63,156 nucleotides of DNA, filler included, from Octopus bimaculoides (GCF_001194135.2; 5 parts of 5 records of this genome joined end to end with filler, not necessarily neighbours in it); one strand, 5' to 3'. Positions 1 to 12,816 are shown, numbered from the whole stretch's first letter. The notes: generated by a model from the letters alone, not told the origin. Numbers and translations are program-made.

Positions 1-435
1 TATCGTGCAGTTACTGTTAATACTTCATTTAGAGAATTAACATTGCTTGTTTTCACCTTTTCGATATCAGTGAAGAATTTCACTTGAAAAGAAGATATAA
101 GATTGCCAGGCTTTTGTCTCTCTCACCAAGGTCAGCGGCTATCGGACGCCGACGAAGGGAAATAACCCTGAAATCCGGATCCGTTCGTGCTGCAGATATT
201 GGTGAGAGGGATAACTACCCTTGGCAAACAGGACACAGTCGTGTGTCGATAAGCCAGCTGGAGGAGATGTCCTCCTGGGGCTAAAAGCAACAGTAACATC
301 CACCCCTAGGGGTCAGCCACACTTAAGTGGCAATATACTACACTTTATATATATATATATATACATATATATAGTTTTAGGGAAAACAACCAAGATTTTA
401 ATTGAGTTTTTACCTGTAATTTTAGATTTTGTCCC

Positions 436-472
<37 letters not shown>

Positions 473-1391
473 CTGTATATATGTATACATATACAAATTT
501 ATACTCATAAGTAAGCTCATTCTCTCTTTTTCTCTCTCTCTCTCACACACATGTATATATTTATATCCGTTGGAGACTAAAGGCTGCAATATTTTAATAT
601 GAGTTGCCGTCGTTGACATTAATGCAAAAGTGTTTTGCAGAATTTCATCTACTAATTGCTAAATTTTATGATATATAATTAAAAGTACAATTATTTATGT
701 AATTGTTAATTGCGGAATATAAATTGATTAAACATGTTGTTCAACCAATTTTCTCCTGAGAATTCTAATCTATTTACACCATATGAAGGAATGACAACTA
801 AATCTCTAAGTGAATTCTCGGTGCAATATATTCTTTGTACACAGCTTCGAAAAATAATATTTTTCTCGAGAAAAAATATCTTCGTTCCTGTAACTAATGT
901 ATGAAATATTTTCTCTTAAAAAAGATTGTTTGTTTAAGCTGCAAATCGAATCAAATATAACATCTATTATGAAGTATTTTAACATTACTCGCTTGATCAA
1001 TAATATTCAGTGACTACGCACAAGTTGCACCACAATGAATCAAGTTAAATTCTTCCTGAAGTATAAATTATCTATTGTTTAGTCAAAGACGATGAAATGG
1101 CTGTGGTTAAGTTAGCCAAAGTTCATTAAAGTCAGAGAAACATCGTCGTCGGTACATATTGCCAACGTCCATTTAAAAGTTATGCAACTTACTACGAAGA
1201 GAAAAACGAGATTTGTTTGACTCAGATTACTAGTTAGAAGGAACATCAGCATGGTATCTATAACATCTAGTTTGACAGCTTTAGTTTAGCGATATGCAAA
1301 CATGAACATTAGTCATGTTCAGATATTTTCTATATTACCGATAGTTATTTGGTTACATTAAAGTATGAACCATAGTAGAATATTTATATAA

Positions 1392-1656
1392 ATGAGAACA
1401 AAGCACTATAATTCATGTAAATTATACACATAGAGCTCGTTATAAAGTTAGTATATTTACATATACTTAGCCGTAGAAATATTCATCATGTCTGATAGAT
1501 AATTTATTTTGCGGAGCAACAAAAGGAGTTTCATTGTGTTTAAATATATAACGTTTACATTTATGAAACCAATTATTTAGCAATGGAGAACCGCAACTGA
1601 GTATCCAGTGATTGTTATCGGCGAAAATGTACTGTACTATAAAAGATGTTAGTAAC
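1392..1656 (-). mobile_element. Truncated, inverted copy of the TIR element at 2803-3400
   Basis: 1392-1466 matches the reverse complement of 3273-3347, and 1457-1656 matches the reverse complement of 2828-3027. Roughly 80% identity by eye. Confidence 0.75.
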
Positions 1657-1704
1657 ATATATTGCCCTATATTATTAAAATGCGCATCTCCTTCTTTCTC
1701 ACTG

Positions 1705-1768
<64 letters not shown>
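1705..1768. repeat. (CTAT)n microsatellite
   Basis: Direct reading. Similar tracts at about 3948-4023, 18126-18190, 51492-51550 and 56119-56254. Confidence 0.95.
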
Positions 1769-2802
1769 CATACATAATATATGATTTAATTGGAGGATCT
1801 GTACACACCTCATGCAGGGATAGTTTCATCCAAGAGAACATTGGTTCAATACGTAGTATTTTTGAGGAATGAATTTCCTTAAAATAGTAGGTATATATAA
1901 AAACATATAGTTTATATTCATTTAAAAGAAGAAAAGAAAATGGAGATTAAGAAGTTAATAACTGTTTATTACTAACGTATTTGCTGTTAAAATAAGCAAT
2001 TCTTAACTTCCTAATCTCCATTTTCTATTCTTCTTATATANNNNNNNNNNNNNNNNNNNNNNNNNNNNNNNNNNNNNNNNNNNNNNNNNNNNNNNNNNNN
2101 NNNNNNNNNNNNNNNNNNNNNNNNNNNNNNNNNNNNNNNNNNNNNNNNNNNNNNNNNNNNNNNNNNNNNNNNNNNNNNNNNNNNNNNNNNNNNNNNNNNN
2201 NNNNNNNNNNNNNNNNNNNNNNNNNNNNNNNNNNNNNNNNNNNNNNNNNNNNNNNNNNNNNNNNNNNNNNNNNNNNNNNNNNNNNNNNNNNNNNNNNNNN
2301 NNNNNNNNNNNNNNNNNNNNNNNNNNNNNNNNNNNNNNNNNNNNNNNNNNNNNNNNNNNNNNNNNNNNNNNNNNNNNNNNNNNNNNNNNNNNNNNNNNNN
2401 NNNNNNNNNNNNNNNNNNNNNNNNNNNNNNNNNNNNNNNNNNNNNNNNNNNNNNNNNNNNNNNNNNNNNNNNNNNNNNNNNNNNNNNNNNNNNNNNNNNN
2501 NNNNNNNNNNNNNNNNNNNNNNNNNNNNNNNNNNNNNNNNNNNNNNNNNNNNNNNNNNNNNNNNNNNNNNNNNNNNNNNNNNNTATATATATAATATCCA
2601 AGCGGATTACCCCGTTAGTTCTTTGATTGGTTCCAGATGACGACTGAACAAAATTGTCAGTATCTAATGCAGGTGCTTACAATGGGTTGTTAGTCATCGG
2701 TAAATTCTCCTCTGAGTTATTTCATGTGTCCTACTCAGGACTGTAAAGGTTCTTTAGAGTGTATAATAATATTGATAATAATAATAAAGAGTATGGAGAC
2801 TA

Positions 2803-3400
2803 GTACATCCACTATTTTTAGTTTATAGTTATGTACATCTATTATAGTACAACATATTTTTTCCGATAACTATTACTGAATAGACAGTTGTGATTCTCCA
2901 TTGCTAAATAATTGGTCTTATAAATGTAAACGTCATATATTTAAACACATTGAATCTCATTTGGTTGCTCGGCAAAATAAATTATCTCTCGGACATCATG
3001 AATATTTCTACGGTTCTGTATATGTAATTAATACAATAATAAGATAAATTCTTATATAAGAATTTATCAAGTAGTTATCATGAAAAAAATCATAGGGAAG
3101 AATCTATCGTGTTTCCCTAAATTATATTTATATATATATATAAGAGCATAACTATACAAGAATGCCTCGCGTTAACTACCGTAATAAACACGGTTATGAT
3201 GTGTTTATTACGGTAGTTAACGTGAGGCATTCTTGTACAGATATGCCCTTATATATTTGTAAATAGAGCTATGTATATGTAAATATACTAACTTTATAAC
3301 GATCTCCATGTGTATAATTTACTTGAATTATATTGCTTTGTTCTCATCTGTATATATGCTGTATGTAACGGTAAAATAATAAAAAAAATAGTGGATGTAC
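2803..3400. mobile_element. Non-autonomous DNA transposon / MITE-like element with 17-bp terminal inverted repeats
   Basis: gtacatccactattttt (2803-2819) is the exact reverse complement of aaaaatagtggatgtac (3384-3400). If the ends are read as CATCC...GGATG, both flanks are TA. No ORF. Confidence 0.6.
3136..3256. repeat. Near-perfect ~120-bp palindrome (foldback or MITE-like)
   Basis: tacaagaatgcctcgcgttaactaccgtaataaacac pairs with gtgtttattacggtagttaacgtgaggcattcttgta (one G-U) around a 9-nt loop. Imperfect pairing extends to tataagagcata / tatgcccttata. Confidence 0.9.
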
Positions 3401-3947
3401 AATTCTCGGTACTCCCTTACAATACACTCTAATATAGGTTTAACGAAACAACGAAATAATCTATATACGGTGACTTACCCTGCTAGAAAATAGTAACCAA
3501 ATTTGCGGCAAGTAGCGTACTAACACCACAGAGAATCAGGCATTTGATAATGTTGTTAGGATATCCTAGATTGTCACGGATGGAATGTATTTTCTCATAA
3601 ATGTATTCAATAAGTACTAATTTGAAACCTCCCATAGACTTTTGTATTTTATGTGATAGATATTAGATGACTAACATTTTCAGGTAAAAATTTAGTATCT
3701 CATTCAGCTGTATTTACCAGGAGTATAATAAAAAAAATTCACGATCAAGGAAAGAACGCGAAAGAATTAGCCGAAGAAAAAAGTGCACAACGAGAAGAGA
3801 GCAAACATCCGTTGAACTGATATTCTAGGCTATAGATTTTGCTAATATGTATGGTTAGGCATATACACATCTACATTCATATTACACGATCCATCTTGAA
3901 GCGATATATGTATTCTAGCATTCGCTTATTTCTGTCTGTCTGTCTGC

Positions 3948-4023
<76 letters not shown>

Positions 4024-4330
4024 AAGGGCTGGGGGAGTGTATGTATATGTGTGAGTGGGGAGAGCTGAAAAGATTCTGACATTTAGGGTGTTGTGAAAGG
4101 CCTGGCTGGAGGCCCAAACGTCCGAGTTCGTTTACAAGGCTTAGAAAAACTGAAGGGCTGCTGCAATAAGTGTGTGTAACTGAGAGGGGACCATGTTGAA
4201 TAAAATTATATTTAACTTATCTTTCCGTATTTTCTTTTACTCAAAGCCTGGAACTTTTCATCAACCTGTCGTATATATGTATGCATGTTTCATATACACA
4301 CACGCACGCACACACACACGCACACACACA

Positions 4331-4374
<44 letters not shown>

Positions 4375-6698
4375 TATATGTATGTACGTGTGTATATATA
4401 TATGTACGTACGTATGAGCTGGTATATATTTTGCATAGCTATAATTCTCTCCTGAAGTATTTCATCGATTTATTGGTATCATATGGAAAATATACAACTA
4501 ACAAGTGTGCATATATGCGAATACAGGATGAAATAACTTATTTGTACATAGTATGCAACTAACATATTCATTTCCACATAATGCGTTTGTTTCCACATAT
4601 GAATATAGAAGACGCTGCATTATAATACTAAAAAAAAAAAAGTATATCAGGTCTTCATCAATGGGTAGACTGTGTAGAAGACAGTTCTGCTTATTTGAGC
4701 AGTAATTCTAGACAAATGTAACGACTGTTATGAAAGATTTTAACGTGGCTTGCAGGATCAATAGTATTTACTGAATGCTAACTATCAATATCAGTAAGAA
4801 TCAATATAATATAATTCTGAAATATATATTATCGTTGTTTAGCGAAGTAAGATGAAATGTCTGTGGTAAACTTAGCCATCGTTCAATAAGTGCAGAGAAA
4901 TATTGTCTTCAGTACGGTTTACTTTCGTGTTTCCAGACAGCAATTGTACCTTCCAACAAGGAAATAAATCGAAAATTAAATTCCTTTGACACTGGCTATT
5001 AGATGAGGTTATGTATATATAATTATCAGAGGCACCTTCGGCTTCTCCATGAAATGAAATGTAAGTCACAAGCAAATTTTGTCCCATACAGGACAACTGA
5101 AACATGATCTACCTCATCAACTTCTAGTATTTTTTTAGAATATTATTGGAGAAACATACTTAGCTTCTGTCTATGCAGAGAGAAGCTCAGACGTAATAAT
5201 GTTATATAGAATATAAATACAATTGTATAGAAAATAACATGCAGGTAAATTCATTGGGTGCATTGCATAGAAGTGCAGGCGGGGAAAACAAAGATCATTT
5301 AATAAACATACTGGACAATGCAAAGATTTTGGGTAAAATGAAATGTAATGTTAAGAATGGCCTCATAAGCAAACTTATTCTATTCTAGCTGTGAAAAATT
5401 GAAATTCGGGTCTGATTAATCTCTGTATTCGTTATATTTGCATGTATGATGAAATACTCAACCTCTGTCTATGAACAAAGTTATAAATTACAAGCTATTA
5501 AATGCATGATGAAATTATAAGGCTACTTAATCTAATTCGCTTAACAAAACATGCTCAAACAAGTTGGATGTACTAATGCAACAATTGTACTTAACGCTGT
5601 GATGTAGTTGAACTTGAAATAGAATTTAGGCTATAAACATTTTACAAAAAATCCGCAGTTAAAAGCTGATGTAAAAAGCGTTTACATCACGTGTTTTATG
5701 GGACGCTGAAATTACTTAGGATGCATCTTATCTTGAACATACACTTATAATAATCTAACAAGACTAGAGACTTATTGGATCCCTCCCAGTATCGTACCAA
5801 GTGAAAGACTCATCTGATAAGGCAAATAACTCTAAAAATTTTCCATTGATATGCTATTAATGTAAATTTACTAAATTACATACATATATGTTTTTATGCA
5901 TATAAGTATGTATGAATGTAATATACATACAAGCACACGCATGCATACATACAGACATATATTTTATATGTGCGTCTATATTTACATATGAATATATGTA
6001 TATGTACATCTAGGCATACCGAGAGAGAAATCTATATGGAAATGTATGTGTATGTATCTGTCTGCCAATTATCTCTCTCTCTCTCTCTCTTGCCCTGTAT
6101 ATACATACATTAATATATACGTATTTCACGCTCGCACATGTTCACATCACACTCACACACAGACACACACACACGTGCATACAAGCGCGCACGCACACAC
6201 AAACAGACACACACATAGACACATACAGAGACACACAAACACACACACACGCACGCAAATTTATATAAAACTAGCACACACAGTGTTGCTCGGGATTTCA
6301 ATGGCATAGTTTGCATATATGTTAAAGTTAAGTTGAAACATGAGATACAGGGAAGTGCAGCATTGACGACAAAGCATTTGTAGCGTAAATGAAGGGCTAA
6401 TTCGACTAAGTGATATGTCATAATCTTGTCAATGAAAAGTGAGTGGGAGGAATGTGATGTTTGAATGCACCAAAAAACTCTGTGGATATACTCATCTTTG
6501 CGGCTGTCGGCGCTGCTGCTACCGCGCTGAACAATGAGCAGTCATAGGAACTACACATATGGGAGAAATTAAGTCTACGGGCGCGCAGAGCAGCGCCACA
6601 TGAGAGAAATCTACATGAAAGAATTGACGTAGTAAGTTGGGTGGAATTGGCAAGGAAGCGTTTGAAAACAACACAGTCGTGCGATATTTCGGTTTGGA

Positions 6699-7035
6699 AT
6701 CAATAGTCGTGGTTCAACGGTGCACCCCATCACGTATACAGCATGCGATTATTGTGAGGACAAGTCAGCTCCCAAACGAAAGTAATTCTGCATGCAGTGT
6801 CGGGGTACGCAAGGTCACATTAAGGACACGGATCCTAATAAACGTGGTGGAATCACGTGACGTTGGGCTGCTGACGATGTTGAGAATCAATAGTCGTTGC
6901 TCAACCATGAACACCTTCGCATAAACAGCATGCGAACATTGTGAAGACAACTCAACTCCCAAGCGGAAACAATTCTGCATCCAAGCTCGCAAGGTCACAT
7001 AAAGAACACGGTCTCTAACTAATGTGGTTGGATTT
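6699..7035 (+). pseudogene. Tandemly duplicated (187-bp period) decayed coding unit with a CxxC-x11-CxxC zinc-binding-like motif
   Basis: Unit 1 reads INSRGSTVHPITYTACDYCEDKSAPKRK*FCMQC; unit 2 reads INSRCSTMNTFA*TACEHCEDNSTPKRKQFCIQ. Over 33 aligned codons there are 21 differences: 9 at position 1, 0 at position 2, 12 at position 3. Each unit has one stop, at different codons. Confidence 0.55.
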
Positions 7036-8875
7036 TAGACACCATAAATTAGTAGGTTAATATACAGGTGATGTTTCGGTTTCTAATCAATAGCTGAAGA
7101 ATATTTGCATTGGCTTCGGCTATGCTTATAAGGAAGGCTTTGATAATGAAGTGAAGAGAAAATAGGATTTAACTTATGTTAGCATATTTTCATAATAAGT
7201 ATAGTGAGTTCCAAATGGCTTTTATTCCAGCAAATTACTACCTATGCTATTACGGGAATAGGCTATTATTGCTACCCCTTAGACAACGCAATTTGAAGTC
7301 TACATCGGTTCATCCATTTGATATTTACTTATATCATTTCAGTAGCTGCTTTTTCCAGTTTGAACAGAAGCAATGCGTGGACTACTCGGGCAGTCGTACG
7401 TACTCCAGGAAAGCGGGTTTTATGCTCCTAGGGGCTTCATTATTCATTATATAAAATATTGTAAGAGTCTAAGACCATCTCTGGGACATAAGTAATGTAT
7501 GTTCTCAGTTTGGAGGAAATCAATTGCGAACTTTAGAAGTTCTGCAGATTTATACACACACACACACACACACACACAACCCTCCCATATTCTTAGTTTT
7601 ATATATATATAGATTGCACAGACATGTCTCATATTTGCGTGTGGGTGTTACTTCACGTGTATACTGACTGAGAATTATACGTACAAATATATAAATATAG
7701 CTTAGGTGTATTTTCAACGTAATAAAAAAGTTGAAAAATCATGCTATATACCTGTGAAATAATCAGTAATATGATTATAGAAAATGTATTCCGCAAGGTA
7801 TGAATGAAACCTTACTCTTCATTATAATTTATCTATAATTCCATTCATTTATAACACTTGCCTTGACGATTATCTGCAGTAACTGTGATTCCACACTAAA
7901 TTGATTACTGATTTTTATCAATTCGGTAATTTTTCTCTATCATTTAAAATGCAGAAGTCATTAAACATTTACATATAACCTAGATTTCAACGATTTGGTT
8001 ATACAATCTATGAATAAATTCCCTTATGAACATAGTAGTTTACGTGGAAGAAATTCACGCATTTCTCATGTGCATCAAATGAATGACAAGAATATTCGAA
8101 TGTCATCTTTCGGGTATTAAATGAAATATGAGCAGCTTAGTTAAAACACCTTCCTTTGAAGTACATATCGGTGTGTGTTCTCAGTGGATTAATTACGTTT
8201 GTGTGCAATTAACAGAAGACTATTTCAATTCATATCCATTAGTTACCCTAAACGAATGCAAAACAGATTCAAATACGTTTAGTAGAGATTTAAATTAACA
8301 CATTAATAGAAAAAAATATAAACAGACCTCGAAATTCACATTTGTATCTTATTGAAATCAACATTTGTCCATTGTAAAATTTCTAAATAAGAAAATTAGT
8401 ACACATATAACGTGCCTTAATACACATATCGTGCATTATACCAAATACTGAAAAGACAACCTAAGGGTTCGAATATAGTTTGTTGAGATTTTTCTCTTTT
8501 AGACATATCTCTTTATAGAAACACAGTCAACGTCTTAAATTCACATATACAAATGCCTACAAACAGATCATCATTTATATATATGCACATGTGCATTGAC
8601 ATAGATGCATAGTTACACACATTCATAGATACATACATATATACGTACATACATTCTGTAAATTCATTTTCATTCGTGTTGAAGAAAGATGAAGGGTATC
8701 TCACTGGTTCACAAGGTAACAGAAATACCAAAATTACACGTAACTCCTTCGTGTTTGATTTGAAACTGTATGCCTAGAGTATGCATGGAATGAAAAAGAG
8801 TCTTGACCTGGTTATAATATTCTCAAAGGATATAAGTTTGGAGTTTGGTCAGGATATATGCTGATATATACTCGT

Positions 8876-9070
8876 TTACTCTTTTACTCTTTTACTCTTG
8901 TTTCAGTCATTTGACCGCAGCCATGCTGGAGTACCGCCTTTAGTCGAGCAAATCGCCCCTGGGACTTATTCTTTATAAGCTTAGTACTTATTCTATCGGT
9001 CTCTTTTGCCGAACCCAGCATCGGTTGTCAAACGATGTTGCGGGGACAAACACAGACGCACAAACACACA

Positions 9071-9148
<78 letters not shown>

Positions 9149-9321
9149 CTCATATATACGACGGGCTTCTTTCAGTTTCCGTCTACCAAATCCACTCACA
9201 AGACTTTGGTCGGACCGAGGCTATAGTAGAAGACACTTGCTCAAGGTGCCACACAATGGGACTGAACCCGGAACCATGAGGTTGGTAAGCAAGCTAATTA
9301 CCACACAGCCACTCCTACGCC
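8876..9321 (-). mobile_element. tRNA-derived SINE type A, full length
   Basis: Minus strand shows a head with A-box-like tggctgtgtgg and B-box-like ggttcagtccc, then a body (gtgagtggatttggtagacggaaactgaaagaagcccgtcg), a (TG)n tract and a (gtaaaaga)n tail. Multiple copies in the window. Confidence 0.9.
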
Positions 9322-10112
9322 TATATGTTTGTGAAAAAATAAAGAATCGTAAACCAGACTAGCAGCATCTCCATCAATGACTTGACCGTTCCGCTATATC
9401 GGCTGAGGAATGATACATGTATATAGGTGTCTATGAAAACATATTACAATGGTGCTTGTAACAAGGCACGCGTCACTAAAGAATATAACAGTAGGACAAG
9501 GAAAACATATATCTCGGAACTCTTTACATTCAATAAAACAGTGTCCCACAATGTGTTTGCAGTACCAATACACATACGGAAATGTGGTCTACTTGATTGA
9601 ACACTTGATAGGATACAAACCATTAATGTGAAAACACGTAAGGTACTGACCAGCACTAATAATTTCTCCATCAATAGCGATGTAGACCGCCTCTACTTAT
9701 AAGAAAAGAATGAGACAGAGCCTTAACCTCGATACAGGCAGCCTTTGAAGGTGATATGTCACTTCGGTAACCCTTTAACCCTAACCCTTTAACCAACAAG
9801 CGTTCAATCTTGCATACACGAAGTAGTTAGCATGAGTCTTGGAAGGCAGTCTTTGGAGCAATATTCCTTCTCTGATAACTATGAATACATCTAAGAAATC
9901 GCACGACTTACCCATAACGTATTTTCAAATGAAAGAATGGCTATATATCAGTGGAAGACCATACATAAATATGATTGGAGAAGGTTCCGGGATGATAAAA
10001 ACATTGATAATCAAAGCAGTCTATCATGGACCAACAATCTGATTATAAATCTCACCTTGAAGGGTATGCGTTTGCAATCCAGGGTCAGGAAATGTATGTT
10101 TCTACATTAGTT

Positions 10113-10232
10113 ACATTATTTACATTTGACGGATATCTGTCCTCATCTTGTTTGTTGTTAACACAACGTTTTGATACACCCTCCAGATTTCATCAGGTGC
10201 GTTGGGGAAATTTCGAAACTGGGTTCTCATTC
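10113..10232 (-). mobile_element. PLE-type terminal repeat remnant with a degenerate hammerhead (CUGAUGA intact; helix II 3' strand and G12 lost)
   Basis: The reverse complement of 10161-10200 is gcacCTGATGAaatctggagggtgtatcaaaacgttgtgt. Homologous to 10563-10690 on the plus strand. Confidence 0.65.
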
Positions 10233-10251
10233 GAAAGGTATTTTTCGATGC

Positions 10252-10300
<49 letters not shown>

Positions 10301-10488
10301 GTTGTTATGATTATTATTATTATTATTATTATTTGGTCTAATTGATTGGATACTAGATAAGATACAAGCCATTAATGTGAAAACCCGTAATCCGTAAGAT
10401 ACTGTCTAGCACAAATAATTTTCCCATCAATAGCGCTCTTAACCCCAAGATTCCGAGTTCGATTCCAAGCAGTGACCTGAATAATGAC

Positions 10489-10544
<56 letters not shown>

Positions 10545-10562
10545 CAACAAAAATTAACATAG

Positions 10563-10710
10563 GAATGAGAACCCAGGTTCGAAATCTCCCCAAGACACCA
10601 GATAAAGGCTGGAGGGTATATCAGCCGAAACGTTGTGTTAACAACAAACAAGATGAGAACAAATATTCGTCGAGTGTAAATAATGTAAATAATGCAAATA
10701 ATGTACATAA
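10563..10710 (+). mobile_element. PLE-type terminal repeat remnant with a degenerate hammerhead (core mutated to CAGAUAA)
   Basis: acac-CAGATAA-a-GGCTG gagggtatat CAGCC-GAAA-C-GTT-gtgt at 10595-10638. Helices I and II, GAAA and the ACGU helix III are intact. Preceded by (AAT)n. Confidence 0.7.
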
Positions 10711-11690
10711 TTCCTCATCTCTTATATATAGAACTGTATTATTATTTTGTATGATGTAATACCTCAGTAAAAGCACTTAACTGAGTACAGCATCCTAATA
10801 TTTAATATGCTAACTTTTGTCTTTGTACCTGTGCGTCACTCTTACTCCAAAGGAAGAGTTTGAAAGGTTAAAGTTAGAGGTAAAAAGCGAAATAGATGTA
10901 AAATGTATTTGGCAGAGTAGGTATAGTTGAAGTGAGTGGCAAAGCGGGAGAGAGGAGGAACAAAGAGGAAGTGAGAGAGAAAGAGTGAGAAAGTTAGAGA
11001 GAAAGTGACTGAAAGAAAGGTGGCGTTCTTTTTTTGTTTGTAAATGTTCATTAGTATTTGCAGAGTAGACTGATGCATACTTCGAAAAAAAGGTAGATAC
11101 ACAGTTCGAAAGAAAAATAGATACATAGATACATAGACACATTGTTAAATCAAAGGCAAATAACTACAGAGAATATTGGATGTCACTTTCACTTTTCATT
11201 ACCACATGAGGATTAAATTAATGCACAGGTGAATGAGTACCCCGCAGACATGCATACATACCATTAACGTAGTTCTGAGAGAGATTCAGCCTCACACAGA
11301 ATGTGGCTCATATGAATTATAGCTAGAATTCATTTTGGCCACCTGAGTGGACTGGGGCAAGGTAAACCATCAAGTGGTTCGAAGAAAGCGAAAAAATATC
11401 CTATATAGGGACAGAAAAATCTTCTTAGTCGTTAGGGTCACTACGGGTATTAATCCGGTCCTAACAGCAGCATTTGTGGTTCTCACAGATCTGGAGGCAA
11501 AGCCCCCACCCCCGATAAACACCGATGTGCAAGCTGTTGTTATCAAACTTAGCGTCAGTCGAGGGCGAAGTCACTACACGACAGAATAGCAATTATTTCG
11601 TCTTAGCTTTCACCGCTTATACTAAACATATGATATTTTAACCTTAGGATATGGAATATTTCATTTTCTTTCACTCTTTAAAAAATGTCA

Positions 11691-12010
11691 CTCAGTTGGG
11701 TACAACAACGAAGTTCCTGATTATCTGATCAACGGAACAGTCTGCTCGTAAATCTAACGCGCAAGTGGCTGAGTACTCCACAGACATGTATACCATTAGC
11801 GTAGTTCTCAGGGAGATTGAGCCTGACACAAAATGTGACAAGGCTGTCCCCTTTCGTTTACTGCTACAACTCATTTCTGACATCTGAGTGGACTGCAGCA
11901 AGGTGAAGTAGAGTGCTTTGCTCAAAAACAGAGCGCGCTGCCGGGAATTGTACTCATGATCTTATGATCGTGGGCGGAACACCCCTAGCCACTGAGCCAC
12001 GGGCCTTCAC
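11691..12010 (-). mobile_element. SINE type C, diverged
   Basis: Similar to 56760-57116 (cgtagttctcagggagatt; cctagccactgagccac). A shorter piece lies at about 11228-11345. Confidence 0.75.
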
Positions 12011-12484
12011 TCTCTTAACCGTAGAGAAAAGAGTGAAGCGACAGAGACATGGAAAAGAAAGCCTCAGCCATTTAAGATGACTTTTCTAGCTTCTTTACTT
12101 TTAACGATGAAGAAGAAGAAAAGAGATTTAGCAATGAATAGAGAGAAAGACTTTCAAGTGTTTACGTTTTCATTCTGGGAGTTGTAGAAGGATCGAGTGT
12201 TAGTTCTCTCTTCATTTACCCACCCCCAGTACTTATTCGCCTTCTTTGATAGTACTTCATGCCTTTTAGTTGGAGGGAAAATACTATTTTTTTTTTCAGA
12301 CACGTTCGTTTTCTCTTCAAACAGCAAACTAGGCCCTGCCCTTCATTTTTTTTTCATTTTGTCATACCAAAACTAATGCAAACTTCGAAAAACCATAGAA
12401 AAATGGGTAATACTCCCTACAAAATGGGTGGAGGAGAAAGGTTGCTAATACGTGGCTACACGAGATACAACGCTATATTTTATA

Positions 12485-12816
12485 GTGTCTTCTGCTATAG
12501 ACTCGGGCAAACCAGAGCCTTGTGAGTGGATTTTGTAGACTGAAACTGAAAGTAGCCCGTCGAATATGTACATGTGTATATTTATGTGTGTATATCTGTG
12601 TCTGCATTTGTCCCCACCGACCATCGCTTGACAACCGATTTTGGTGGGTTTGCGTCACCGTAACTTAGCGGTTCGGCAGAAGCGACTGATAGAAAAAGCA
12701 CCAGGCTTACAGGGAATAAGAACAGTAGTCGATTTCTTCGACTAAAGGTCAGTGTTCCAGAATGGCCACCGTGAAATGACTGAAGGAAGTAAAAAGAATA
12801 AAAGAATACCAAAAGA
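12485..12816 (+). mobile_element. SINE type A, 5'-truncated
   Basis: Body and tail match the other type A copies. Confidence 0.85.

Noticed and set aside
3470-3660. Minus-strand donor GGTAAGT with an upstream ~57-codon frame (NLGYPNNII)
   Set aside because: The frame stops before the donor, there is no acceptor, and the similarity is too weak.
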